The notes beneath the pieces are model-generated. The model saw only the letters and a program-made list of their open reading frames with translations. It ran no database searches and was not told the origin of the DNA. DNA of 64,000 nt. Origin: the human T2T-CHM13v2.0 reference genome, Homo sapiens. Where the stretch lies: assembly GCF_009914755.1 (NCBI RefSeq), contig NC_060941.1. One strand, written 5' to 3'. Shown here in pieces: positions 52,094-64,000 of the stretch. Both the position numbers and the translations under genes were made by a program. Position 1 is the first letter of the stretch; each line of letters opens with the position of its first letter.

Positions 52094-52174
52094 CTAACAC
52101 TCCACATTCCAGAGGCGGGTGGCCTTGTTTGGGTAGTTGATGGCCAGGCTGATGGCAGCAATGTTCTGCAGAGC
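52094..52174 (-). CDS. ZZEF1: ZZEF1 terminal coding exon (ALQNIAAISLAINYPNKATRLWNVEC*)
   Basis: ctttttccctctacag acceptor; 26 codons then TAG (plus cta 52094-52096). Recognised as the ZZEF1 C-terminus. Confidence 0.93.
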   Translation of the reverse strand, partial: ALQNIAAISLAINYPNKATRLWNVEC

Positions 52175-54086
52175 CTGTAGAGGGAAAAAGAGTTGTCGCC
52201 AATGTCGGGAGCCACTCCCTCATTCAGTGAGTGCTGATAAGACCCTCAGCTGAGCACTGAGGATGTGGGGACGGAGGAGGGGAACCAGATGTGTTCCCCT
52301 CCCCCACAGGCCTGCAGAGTGGAGAGAGAAAAAAAATGCTATTAAGAGCACATGAAAGCTCCAAATGTAGGTAGGAATCATCACTGCCCAGAGGGGCAGT
52401 CCCAGGGCGGAGGCTCAGAAGGCTGTCTGCAGAGGTCTGGGAAAACTCTCTGGGGAAAACAGTGCAAAGATGCAGGTGGGGAAGGGCAAGGCACTCACAG
52501 GAAACGAACAGCCAGTGCTGGGGACCAGAGGGAGTAGAGAAAACAGGGCCAGGAGGGCACTGAGATGCCCTGGAGGCGAGGCCAGGCCCGTCAGGCCTTC
52601 AGGGTCTGGGCAGCAAGAGGGTGGAGGTGGCAGAGGGAGGAAGAGGGGGTTGGCAGGGAGACGTGTCAGGGAGAAACGTCAGGACACTGGTGCAGTACAC
52701 TCAACAGGCTGTGGGGGGGGTCAGAAGAGGGTAAGGAGGAAATGGAGACTGGACAGGGGCAGCAAGAGGGACCCGCCCACAGGCAAGCCGCCATGCTGAG
52801 CTTTGGGGCCAGGACGGGCAAATATCAAAATTTCGTTACATGATGTGATGAAACCTGGGGTGGCGGCGGCAATGCTGGTAGGTAGCTGTTGGGGGTAAGG
52901 GAGTTTCTACTCTGCCTACAGGTCTCGGGTGAATTCACACAAACTCTTCGGTATGGGCTGGGGGCATTTCCACTTCCGAGCGTACACGTCAAAGCCTACA
53001 ACAGGAAAGAAGACCCTTTTCCTGCAAAAGGGCGGTGTGTTCGGAGACTACTTCCAAGGGACAGAGCGCCGCGCTCAGGCAGGGCTCTTGGCTGGGTGTC
53101 CCGGCTGGGTGTCCACCCACGGGTAACCCTGTGAGCCTCAGTGTCCCTAGCTGTCCTCCGGGGGGGTGGGGGTGTTGGGCCACACACGCGATGATATTCA
53201 AGGAGTCCAAGGTTCTCAAAATGTACTCTGGGGCCAGGCGACTCCCGAGACCCTTTTGGGGTCTGCAAGGTTCATTTTTGACTTTCCTTCTCCTGAGTAT
53301 ATGGTGGAGTGTTCCAGAGCCTGACGTGTGATCTGACTGACTGCAGAAGCAGACATGAGGACATGAGAATCCAGCTGTCTTCTACGAGGCCAGACATGAG
53401 AGGGGTCTGCAAGGATGGAACACAACAGCGCCACCCTCTGCAGGCATTCCTTTTTTCTTTTTTGGTCACCTATTTGTCCCAGAGCACTCAGTAATTACTT
53501 TGTTTTGAAAAGTTAGAGTCGTTTTTCACAAGACGTGTTATTCATGTTAACATGAAATGGGTTCACTACTTTAAAAAAATAAATTGATAAAGGTTTACAC
53601 TTTTGCTTAATTTTTAAATTGAAAATCTCGTTTCTAATGGCACATATGGATATATGCATAATAGACATATCCAAAAGCTTTCTGAGCTCCTCAGTCAGTG
53701 AAAAGTGTGAAGCGTCCTGAGACCAAACAGCTGTCAGAAGAGGAGTTCCGCTACCAGAGAAGCAACTCACATCTAAAAATATGTGAAATCTAACTCCACG
53801 GAAACTTCAAGAATCAGCCAAACTAAATTTAAGGCATCGGTTGTTTTGGTTTTAAAGACACAAATTCTTCTGACCCCACAGTTTAGAGTGAATGACTCTG
53901 ATAAATGGGGCTCGTGCATGCTCTCTGAGCACCAGGAGGAAGTGACTGAACTGGAACAAGCTCTGTGTAAGCTCCGGGTGGATTCTGTCCTACTCAGACG
54001 CAATGTACAGACCTTCTCTGCCCTGGCAATGGTGAGATGGTGGCGCCCCAGCCTGGGGGCCAGCTCTGTTGGGGTGGAGAGAGTAC

Positions 54087-54158
54087 CTGTGCCGCACAGC
54101 GGAGAAGGTGGTCGTCCGTGGTTAGGGCCAGCAGGTAATCCTGCAGCACGCCAAGCTC
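54087..54158 (-). CDS. ZZEF1: ZZEF1 penultimate exon (ELGVLQDYLLALTTDDHLLRCAAQ)
   Basis: Polypyrimidine tract + cag acceptor, GTACT donor. 72 nt, phase 0/0. Confidence 0.92.
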
Positions 54159-54807
54159 CTGCAGAGAGAGAGCAGGGGCTGTGAGTGACAGCGCCAGATG
54201 CGCAGTGCAGCTCTCCCAGACCACCTGGGACACCTGCTTGCGAAAGCAGAAGCCTCTCATGGGCGGACGCTACTCACGCCGCCCAGCACCGCGTGGCACT
54301 GCCTTGCTCAGAACCCTGGCGGGAGCCAGGTGCCCGGTGCCGGGGTCACCTTTGCCTCCACCTGCCCTTGGGTGACCAGGCCGGGACCCCTCCTCAAGCC
54401 AGTTTCCTCATGTGTGAAAGGAGAGGGAAGCTAAAGAACTCTGAAAGGCCCTTTCAGCTCCCACATTCAATCAGTCTATTGTGCTGAGGGGAGGAAAAAA
54501 AGAGAAGGAAGCAGAAATAACCCATCGTTTTATTTTCCAAAACTCACTGTTGTCAAGGGCTGATCCCGGGCAGTTTCTCCCCCATTGGCTCTAGGCCTGA
54601 CAAAATAAGCAATCTCAGAGCTGACCTGAGGGTTTCCCAGGCCTGGGAGAGGCGAGAGCCTCAGACTCTCAGCCATGCCTGTCCTGTGTGGCCTGTCGAG
54701 ACCCTGGCCACTCAGGCTCGGATGAGGCAGCAGCTTCTGCCCTGGGTAGCAGAGGGAGCAAACGCACATGGAGGCACCGGGCTCCCTGCCCAGACCTCAG
54801 GCCTCAC

Positions 54808-54961
54808 CTGGGCACGGTTCTCGGTGACGAAGAAGAGCTCAGTGAGGGCACGATGCAGGGGAAGGAGGATGCCGGGCTGCGTCACGTCCTCAAACAGGCC
54901 GTACTCCATGTGGGTAAAGAGCTGCCACAGGGGCTTCAACAGCGCAAGGTCACACAGGTCA
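54808..54961 (-). CDS. ZZEF1: ZZEF1 coding exon (DLCDLALLKPLW...VTENRAQ)
   Basis: ctgcag acceptor and GTGAG donor. 154 nt, phase 2/0. Confidence 0.92.
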
Positions 54962-55245
54962 CTGCAGGAGGAGCCCCGGAGGTGGTCAGTTTACTGAGAG
55001 CCATGCCAAGGTCACATGGCTTACAGCTGGCAGGAACCACAGCTCAGACCCTCCCTCTCCCACAGCTGGTACAAATGATTATAAAGTCGCCTCACCTATG
55101 CTCCCCACAAAGCAGCCACGAATAGTCACCAACAGCAAAGAAGGAAAGGGGCAGAACCTAAACTTTAAAACCAGGCTCCAAGGGAACAGGAGGTCGGAAA
55201 TGTGCTCACGGGGATTACTGTGCATCTTGAAAAATGGATGTTACG

Positions 55246-56625
<1,380 letters not shown>

Positions 56626-57839
56626 GGTAACGATGACTACCATTGTTATGATTTTCAGGTGGGCTTATGAAACACAAGATGCTTGCAAGGTTGCTCAGGC
56701 AGAAAGCTTTTCCCTAAGTAAAGCAGAGCCTCTGCTGAGAGAATGAACTGAGGGGTTTTTTTTTTGTGTGTGTGTGTGTTTTTACTCAGAGGAAGGCTGT
56801 GTTTTAATTCCAACTCAATATCCTTTGGAGAAGAAAAATTATGAAATAAATAATATTCTAGAACTTGTTATATGGCCATATATAATTATATAATATTGGA
56901 TTTTGCTTTTTTTTAAAAAAAATTGCTTTTTCTCTTATGACTTGAAAAATTATTGTGTATATTTAATTGTTATCTTGAAGCCAATCTCTTTCTCCCAGAG
57001 GAATAAATCTTCATAAAACAAACAGGAAAATTCTGATAGCTTTCCAGCTGGGTTTTCAGAGAAGCATCAGCATGTGAGGTACAATGTACCTGCGAGCTGA
57101 GAAGGTCCCTCCCCTGAGGACTGCCCCTTGTGTGTGGCCTCCGGGCCAAGCCCTCAGGCAGGCCCGTCTCTCACTCTATGAGGAGCACGCATGAAAGAGG
57201 CTAGGGTGGCAAGGCATGCTGGGAGTTCCCTCCGGGCTCGGGACAGAGGGTGCGGGATTGTCCCCACTGGAAAGAAGGTTGCCAATGGCCAGCAGACTGT
57301 GCAGGCTGCGGCACAGGTCTTCTTTCCTGCTGCAGGCAAGAAGGGCCCACCAGCCAGGAGACCATGGAGATGTTCCATGTTTCATAAGCACTGCTCAACC
57401 AGACTGTGCTTACTGGACTCGACGCTCAAGTGAACAGAGCTAAGCCCATGTGGGGCTGAGTGATCCTGTCTGTGTATGAGGACACGGGGGTAACAGCAAG
57501 CATGCCCAGCTCTCCCCTCTCTCTCCACGCTGCTTATGGACTGACTACACAAGCCATCTTGTTCTCTCCCCTGACTTTGAGAGTCCTTTGTTATTTTAAT
57601 GACAGTTCCATATTCCATGAGAAGACAACCTGTTACTTCAAATATCATCACTGCACTCTGGCTAGCATTCTGTGTGTCTGTGTCTGTGTGCCTTAGAAAT
57701 GCAGGAAAGAGGAAGAATGAGCTCCTGACAGGGAGGGTTCTGAGCAAGGAGGGTGGGGGCCAGGCAGACAGACAACATATATGGCGCAGTCACTACCACC
57801 TTCTCTCACAGATGAGGAATAAGGCAATTATGTCTACAA

Positions 57840-58620
57840 TTCCCAATTCAACACTATATGTCCTCCCTATAGCGCAAAAGGCAAGAACAGTGTCTAAGCA
57901 TTGAGAGGAAGAAATAACATTTGTTTACAGATGACACGACTGTACACCAAATAATCTGCATATATAGTCTTAGAATGAACAAAGTAAGGTCACTGGATAT
58001 AACGGCAATATACAAAAATTAATTGTACATCAGCAAAAACAAAGCTAAAATTAAAAAATACCAATTATAGTATCAAAAACATTAAATACCTAGTAATAAA
58101 TTTAACAAAATGTTAAGTCCTCTACATAGAAACCTCTAAAATATTACTAAGACCTAAACAATAGAGGAATATAAATAGAGGAATATATAATGGCCGTGGA
58201 TTAGAGGACTTGATGTTCTAAAGATCTTGACTCTCATCAAATTGATCTACAGTCGCACCACAGCACTCCAGCCTGCGTGACAGAGTGAGACTGTCTCAAA
58301 AAAAAAAAAAAAAAATCTATAGAATCAAGTGGAGATCCGAATGGAACAAAACTGACTTGATGCTTACCCCTTCTATCATACACTCAAATGCATTCCAGGC
58401 AGATACTCCTCTAAGTGTGAAAGGAAAAACAAGTTCTACAAGATAACAGGGTATATCTTCATGACCTTCGAGTAAGGCAAACATTTCTCAAATAAGACAC
58501 CAAGAACGCTAGCATAAAGCAAATGACTGAAAAACTGGAAGACATTAAAGCCACAAATGTCTTTTCATCAAAGTCACCACTAACAGCAAGAAAGGGCCAG
58601 CCACAGAGTGGGGATACATA
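57840..58620 (+). mobile_element. Decayed L1 fragments (with an Alu 3' fragment ~58264-58315) in a ZZEF1 intron
   Basis: tttacagatgacacgactgtac; aaatacctagtaataaatttaacaaaa; ttcatgaccttcgagtaaggcaaacatttctc. Confidence 0.6.
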
Positions 58621-58657
58621 TGCCTGGCAAAGGGCTGCCATCCGGGACACCGCTTAC

Positions 58658-58823
58658 CTGTGGCCGCAGCATCGCACAATCCTCAGAAGTAAGTGGATGG
58701 CTTTTAATCGTTGATGGCCAGTCTGGCGACAGGCCACGCCCACCAGCCATTCCCAAATTTTTGCCAATGGGAGATGAGGCACGACCCTTTCTTCTGACAA
58801 CATCTGCTTCAAAATCTCGAATC
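58658..58823 (-). CDS. ZZEF1: ZZEF1 coding exon (GFEILKQML...IWEWLVGVACRQTGHQRLKAIHLLLRIVRCCGH)
   Basis: ccag acceptor and GTAAGC donor. 166 nt, phase 1/2. Confidence 0.92.
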
Positions 58824-59298
58824 CTGGCCAACACCCCAAAACACGGATATATAAACAGAGATACGTAATAAGTAATATTATTATTAAATAAAGTATAACA
58901 ATTGTGTACGTTAAGAATTCTACATTTTATAAACTGCTCAAATTTTAATAACTGTGATCATTTAAATTCTGGCTGAAATTAAGGCTTTTGTAAAAATAAC
59001 ACAGGGGTCATATTTCCAGTTCCTCCTTTTTTCAAAATGCCCTGGCAAATTCTAAGAGAATAAGCATCTTTTTCGGGTCCTGACAGAATGCTTCTCATAG
59101 CTGGCCATTCAAGTTTACAACTAGCCAATGAAATCACATTCAGGAGTGACAGGTGTGGGGCTTGTGAGACAAATTTGGAAAGTGTGAGAGACAAGTACCT
59201 GCTTTGATTTTAACCAAGATCAGTGACATCATGGCACCCACAGCCATGGAGTGTCCCTGGCAGGCAGATGGTGTGAACGCAAAGCCCAGAGCACACAC

Positions 59299-59397
59299 CT
59301 GTCTGGAACCGCCCCAGGTGTCCGGCCGTCACGGTGAATCTGTAGCCCCACTCGGTGTTGCTCATGTCGGAGGTGAAGCGGTAATACAGAGTGTCTC
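59299..59397 (-). CDS. ZZEF1: ZZEF1 coding exon (GDTLYYRFTSDMSNTEWGYRFTVTAGHLGRFQT)
   Basis: tag acceptor and GTGTGT donor. 99 nt, phase 1/1. Confidence 0.92.
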
Positions 59398-59555
59398 CTA
59401 GGCACACAAGGATCAGAGGCCCATCAGGAACTGAAGCAACAGGGAATGGCAGCAGTGGTGTTGGGTTTCAACATTCTCCAGTAAGTTCCCTTCTCAATAT
59501 TAAGTTTAAACACTGCCTGTGAAGAACCTATCTAATCGAGTATTTGTTTCACTAC

Positions 59556-59724
59556 CTGGAAGTTCAAAATCTTTCCACTTCTGCTGAGACCCGCTGAAGC
59601 TGTGTCGGTCTTGCTGGAAGTCACTGCTGCTGGACATGGCTAACTCGTCACAGCCCTCCTCTGTGTTGCACTGAGAGTCGAATTTGATTGAGAGGTAGAT
59701 GGCACCAGGAATGTGAACTTTATC
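59556..59724 (-). CDS. ZZEF1: ZZEF1 coding exon (DKVHIPGAIYLSIKFDSQCNTEEGCDEL...DFELP)
   Basis: ccctag acceptor and GTAGTG donor. 169 nt, phase 0/1. Not reported in the correct frame by the ORF track. Confidence 0.92.
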
Positions 59725-60691
59725 CTAGGGAGGGGAAATGGAGAACACATCTGTCGATGCTGCTCACTAGACACTGACTGCAGCTGTCCCATGCCGAGTC
59801 CTGTGGCTGGACCCGGGTGTGTGAGAATGAGTGAACCACAGCCCTGGCCTCCAGGAGTGCAGAGTCCAGCTAGGGCGAGGAGCATGCACAGACTGCAAAT
59901 ATGGTGCGAGGGAGGCACAGCGGGGCAGGCAACACGGGGCCCCAGAGAAAGAGTGTCAGGCTGCTGTGAAGAGTGAAGAGGACAGGAGGACCCTGTTAGG
60001 AGAAGGCGGGAGTGGGAGACAAGGTGGACCTGAGTGCATGGGGTGCATTTCAGACAGGGTAACAGCCCTGTGAAGGTCTAGCATGTTCAGGGAATGGCAA
60101 GGAGCTTGGCGTGTTTGGAGTAAAGGGTGTGCTACATGGGCACGTATGCTTGGGAAGCAGGAACAGGGACAAGACCTGACTCCAGAGAGACTGGCAGGGG
60201 CAGACACTGAAGGCCCTGGGCATGAAAATGAGGCACTCAGACTCTGGACAACAGGGAAAACCCTGGAAAGCTTTGGTGAGGCTTGCACAGTGTAGCATCA
60301 CTGACAGCTGGTGTGGAGCAAGGCTGGGCTGAGGCAAAAGTGAGGAAATCAGAAAGTAGCAGCAAAAGGAACCCCAGAGAAGGGCAACGGGTGTCCAGGG
60401 TCAGTGGAGAAGACAAGACCTCTTTGGGATCGAACCTGGTGGCTGACCACATGTGCCTGTATGGGACCAAGGGAGTGGGGCTGGAGCCCAGGAACATGAG
60501 AAGAGAAGAGACTTGGAAGAAAGACAGGTTATACTTCTGAAAAACAAAATCTCAGCTGGCCAATAACCCAGTTCTAAATCGGTTTTCATCATCCACCTTC
60601 GCTGCTGCAGGTGCCTTCCACTCAGAAGTAGATGCCTGGGCAACTCCAACATTTCAGTTTTCTCTCCAACATTTTTAAAAGCGCTAATGGG

Positions 60692-60983
<292 letters not shown>

Positions 60984-61438
60984 CTAAAGGGACTACATGG
61001 CCTTAAGTCAATGAGAATAACGGAGGCTGCCCCATTCCTGCCTCATCAAAATGCCTACCTCCCTGCCCAGGCACAAAGTTAAGGATGGAAAAGATGAGAC
61101 TCTGATTCAGTTCTGGGAAATTTTAAAAAGGGGCTGTAGTATCCACGGTGGGGGCAGGTCATGAGGTGGCAGCTGAAGAGTGAGGGTCCAACCTGGACCA
61201 CATTCAGACTCACTGTCTCACTGTGAAGCCAAGGACTCACTCTGAGGAGCCTGCCGCAGGGAAAGTAAAGCTCTCCTCCAGGGCTAGGTGGCCCATTTTC
61301 TTCTATTAAAACAAGAAAAGTCCGGAGAAGAGAAGACTTGCTTGTACAGAATCCCTGGCCTCAGGGAGGCAGACTGCAGTTTGTTCAAGGAAGCACTTTC
61401 CTGGACAGGTCTCTGCTGTCCAGCGGGAGAGAGCCACA

Positions 61439-61478
61439 GAGGGGCTGAGCATGGAGGGGCTGAGCACGGAGGGGCTGA
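61439..61478. repeat. Small 15-bp tandem repeat GAGGGGCTGAGCAYG x~2.7
   Basis: Read directly, in the ZZEF1 intron. Confidence 0.7.
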
Positions 61479-61531
61479 CGAGGTCTCTGCGGCTCAGTCG
61501 CTCTTATGGGGCCTGCCGGCCCCAGGCTTAC

Positions 61532-61675
61532 CTCGAAGTTGGTGTTGTTGTTATACGGGTGTTTCGACTCCCTCACTTGCACCTCCATTCCTGGCTCCTC
61601 CATGAACTGGCATGCAGCCAGGGCCATGGTCCCCAGCATGTCCTCTCGGCAGCCCTGGAGCACTTTCTGCAGGAT
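61532..61675 (-). CDS. ZZEF1: ZZEF1 coding exon (ILQKVLQG...ESKHPYNNNTNFE)
   Basis: ccag acceptor and GTAAGC donor. 144 nt, phase 0/0. Confidence 0.93.
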
Positions 61676-62579
61676 CTGGTGGGAAGCAGACAGATAAGGT
61701 CAGGGCCTGCAAGTGGCATCAGGAAGAAGGGACAGTTTACTTCAACCCAAGCTCCACCCAAAGGTGCTGGCATCATCTTAGACCTAGGACGAGCCTCTGT
61801 GACTCCACCACCCAAAACCAACTCCACCAGCCACCTCTCACTTGACCAGGCTCTTGGTGTCAATCAGGACACTGCAGTCCTTTCAGAATGATGCTGCTTA
61901 GAGGTGGTCTGAAAGAACTAACTGAACCAATCATAAAGGGTCCTGGTCCTTGAAGGAGTCCCCAGCCAAGCAGGTGGATTGGCCTATGGATAAATAATGA
62001 CCACACAATGTAATCGATGCCTGGAGTGAGGTGCAGGGTTGGGAGCTCTAGGTGGCAAGAACTGTGGGAGGACACGCCTATGCAAGGGCCTAGTAGAGGC
62101 AGGGTGGCTCCCTCTGTCCCTTCCGAAAGATAGATATGCTAGAGCAAGCCTGCCAGCACCTGCAGGGCTGCAAGGCCGGGAAAAGACCTCGAGGTCTGGT
62201 GGTGTTCTCAGATGGACAAAGCAAGGCTGAGAGGCCAAATGAACTTCCTCATGGACTGCGTGTGTGTGTGTGAAGGTGGGTGAGGGACAGGATCAAAAAG
62301 GAGCTACCGAATGTGCCTCAAGATTTCTGCACTTGGAAACTGGGAAGATGGCGACAAAGCTTTCTGGTTCAGCTGGAAATCGCGCTCAGGGCCCCTGAGT
62401 TCCTCACTAGCCCAATCCTTGGGAGAGGATACAGTGACCCTACCTTTGCTGCATTCACACCTGTCAGGGAGCTGCACAGCCACACAGGTAGCCTCGCTCC
62501 AGGAAGCACTCACTGGAGGAAGCCTGTGGGGCAGAGGAAGAACCTGGTGGGTGAGCACAAGCTCAGTCTGCATAACTAC

Positions 62580-62939
62580 CTTCTCCCACTCATGCTTTTC
62601 TTCCAGCTGCATGAACATATCCAAAATGTAGGTCATATGGGCAGGGCCACTGAGCTCCAGGATGTCCTCGCTCACTGGCACGTGGCTAGGCCACTCGGCG
62701 AGCAGGGATGCAAGCACGTGGCGGGCGTACAGGACAGCTGTGGCCTCGTTCACTCGGAAGAGGTAGTCCCGGACAGCCCTCTTACTCTTGCAGTTCAGCT
62801 CCTTGTGCAGGAGGGCGGCGCTCTTGCTACGGCGCTGCTTGGCATAGCTCTGCTGCAGTTCGCTCTCTGTGCTGGAGATCAGCTTCTGGGTCACAGGGTT
62901 CGATTCAGCAGTGGCTTGGTCACAGCGTGCAGGCCGGGA
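62580..62939 (-). CDS. ZZEF1: ZZEF1 coding exon (SRPARCDQ...LEEKHEWEK)
   Basis: tttgcag acceptor and GTAGTT donor. 360 nt, phase 0/0. Confidence 0.92.
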
Positions 62940-63044
62940 CTGCAAACCCAAGACCACCATTACAGAGGTCTAGCCTTCTTACAGTGGTGGTATGGGGTGG
63001 GGGATGGGGTGCAGATACTTTGGGTCCGAGGTCGGGTGACATAC

Positions 63045-63180
63045 CAAGCATGGCAGGATAATCATGTCTGTATCCACAGCTTTGGCGCTCTGTTCTTCCA
63101 GCCTCAGACTCTTACTGGGCTGCCACCGCTGAGCCAGGGACCGTATCCTTTCATCTGTGGTGAGCTCATCACCATCAAAC
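63045..63180 (-). CDS. ZZEF1: ZZEF1 internal coding exon (9th from last; FDGDELTTDERIRSL...MIILPCL)
   Basis: cag acceptor (ct 63181-63182) and GTATGT donor. 136 nt; ends in phase 0 and joins the next exon in frame. Confidence 0.9.
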
Positions 63181-63489
63181 CTGCAGAAGGGCAGCACAAA
63201 GTTGAGTACCAACAGTGTAGAGAGGCCAGTTTTAACCTGCACTTAAACTTGTTGGCAATGTTCTTCAGAGTTGTTCTTCTGTTAGTATCAATGACATTAT
63301 CATATTCCGTGTTTTGCCAACTGGATTCACAGCCTTCACTTATGCATGGATACAGAATGCATGTATGCTCTGTGGCAGGAGATGCAAACTCTCCTGCAAA
63401 ATCCATTCTCCTTTTCTATCTTTTCCATTTTTAAAATTAATTTAAATGTTTTATTTTCATTAAAAAAACATTTTTAAAAAAAATTTATT

Positions 63490-63622
63490 TGTTTTTTTTA
63501 GAGATGACGTGTTGGAGCTATGTTGCCCGGGCCGGCCTGGAACTCCTGGGCTCAAGCGATCCTCCTGCCTGCCTCAGCCTCCCTAGTAGCTGCGATTACA
63601 GGCTCATACCACCATGCCTGGA
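63490..63622 (-). mobile_element. Alu monomer (FLAM-like)
   Basis: tatgttgcccgggccggcctggaactcctgggctcaagcgatcctcctgcct. Confidence 0.8.
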
Positions 63623-64000
63623 CTCCCCTTCTCTCCTTTTTTTTTAAAATTTAACAGAGTTTAAATGAGCAAAGAGTGATCCCCGAATTGGGCAGCTCCT
63701 GAATCAGAATGGGTTCAGAGTGACTCCACTGCTGTGGTTGGAGGTTTATGAACAGAAAAAGGAAACTGACACACAGAAAACAGAAGTGAGGTACAGAAAC
63801 AGCTGGAATGGTTACAGCCTGGTGTTTGCCTTATTTGAACGCAGTCTGAACAGGTGGACGACTCTGGCCGAAACTCGGTGGCCCTTCTCTCTCTCTAAAG
63901 CTCCCTGAGTTTTAGCAAGAGCCACAGTCACCCAGCTAGAGACATGGTTAGCAGCTAGATGTGCTGATGCCCCTGGGTTCTGGGCAGTGCAGGTGAGCGA

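Noticed and set aside
57349-57360. Shared 12-mer gcccaccagcca (WLVG) with the ZZEF1 exon at ~58740, suggesting exon duplication
   Set aside because: Similarity does not extend beyond 12 nt; compatible with chance.

Overview
Primate (very probably human) genomic DNA. The gene pair suggests 17p13.2, recognised from the proteins rather than by alignment. Two genes lie in tandem on the minus strand. (1) ATP2A3/SERCA3: the CpG-island promoter, coding exon 1 (9419-9536) and ~9.4 kb of intron 1. (2) ZZEF1: the last nine coding exons (63180 down to 52094), all GT-AG and frame-consistent, plus a ~2.4 kb 3' UTR. The ~40 kb intergenic region is dense in Alu, L1, MIR, MLT1/MST, MER41, MER45 and a truncated SVA. 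Most ORFs in the supplied track are repeat- or GC-derived noise. The most notable unexplained structures are: two unrelated minisatellites upstream of ATP2A3 that both multiply the MTF-1 metal-response core TGCRCNC; a 12-bp array of CAAGGTCA nuclear-receptor sites ending in an AP-1 site; a CTCF-like motif in a CpG-rich segment between two ZZEF1 poly(A) signals; a strong-Kozak uORF inside a possible 73-nt 5'UTR intron of ATP2A3; and several short insertions copied from templates 1-2 kb away. These are motif- or sequence-level hypotheses. No new gene system is demonstrated. Repeat boundaries and subfamily names are approximate, read by eye.
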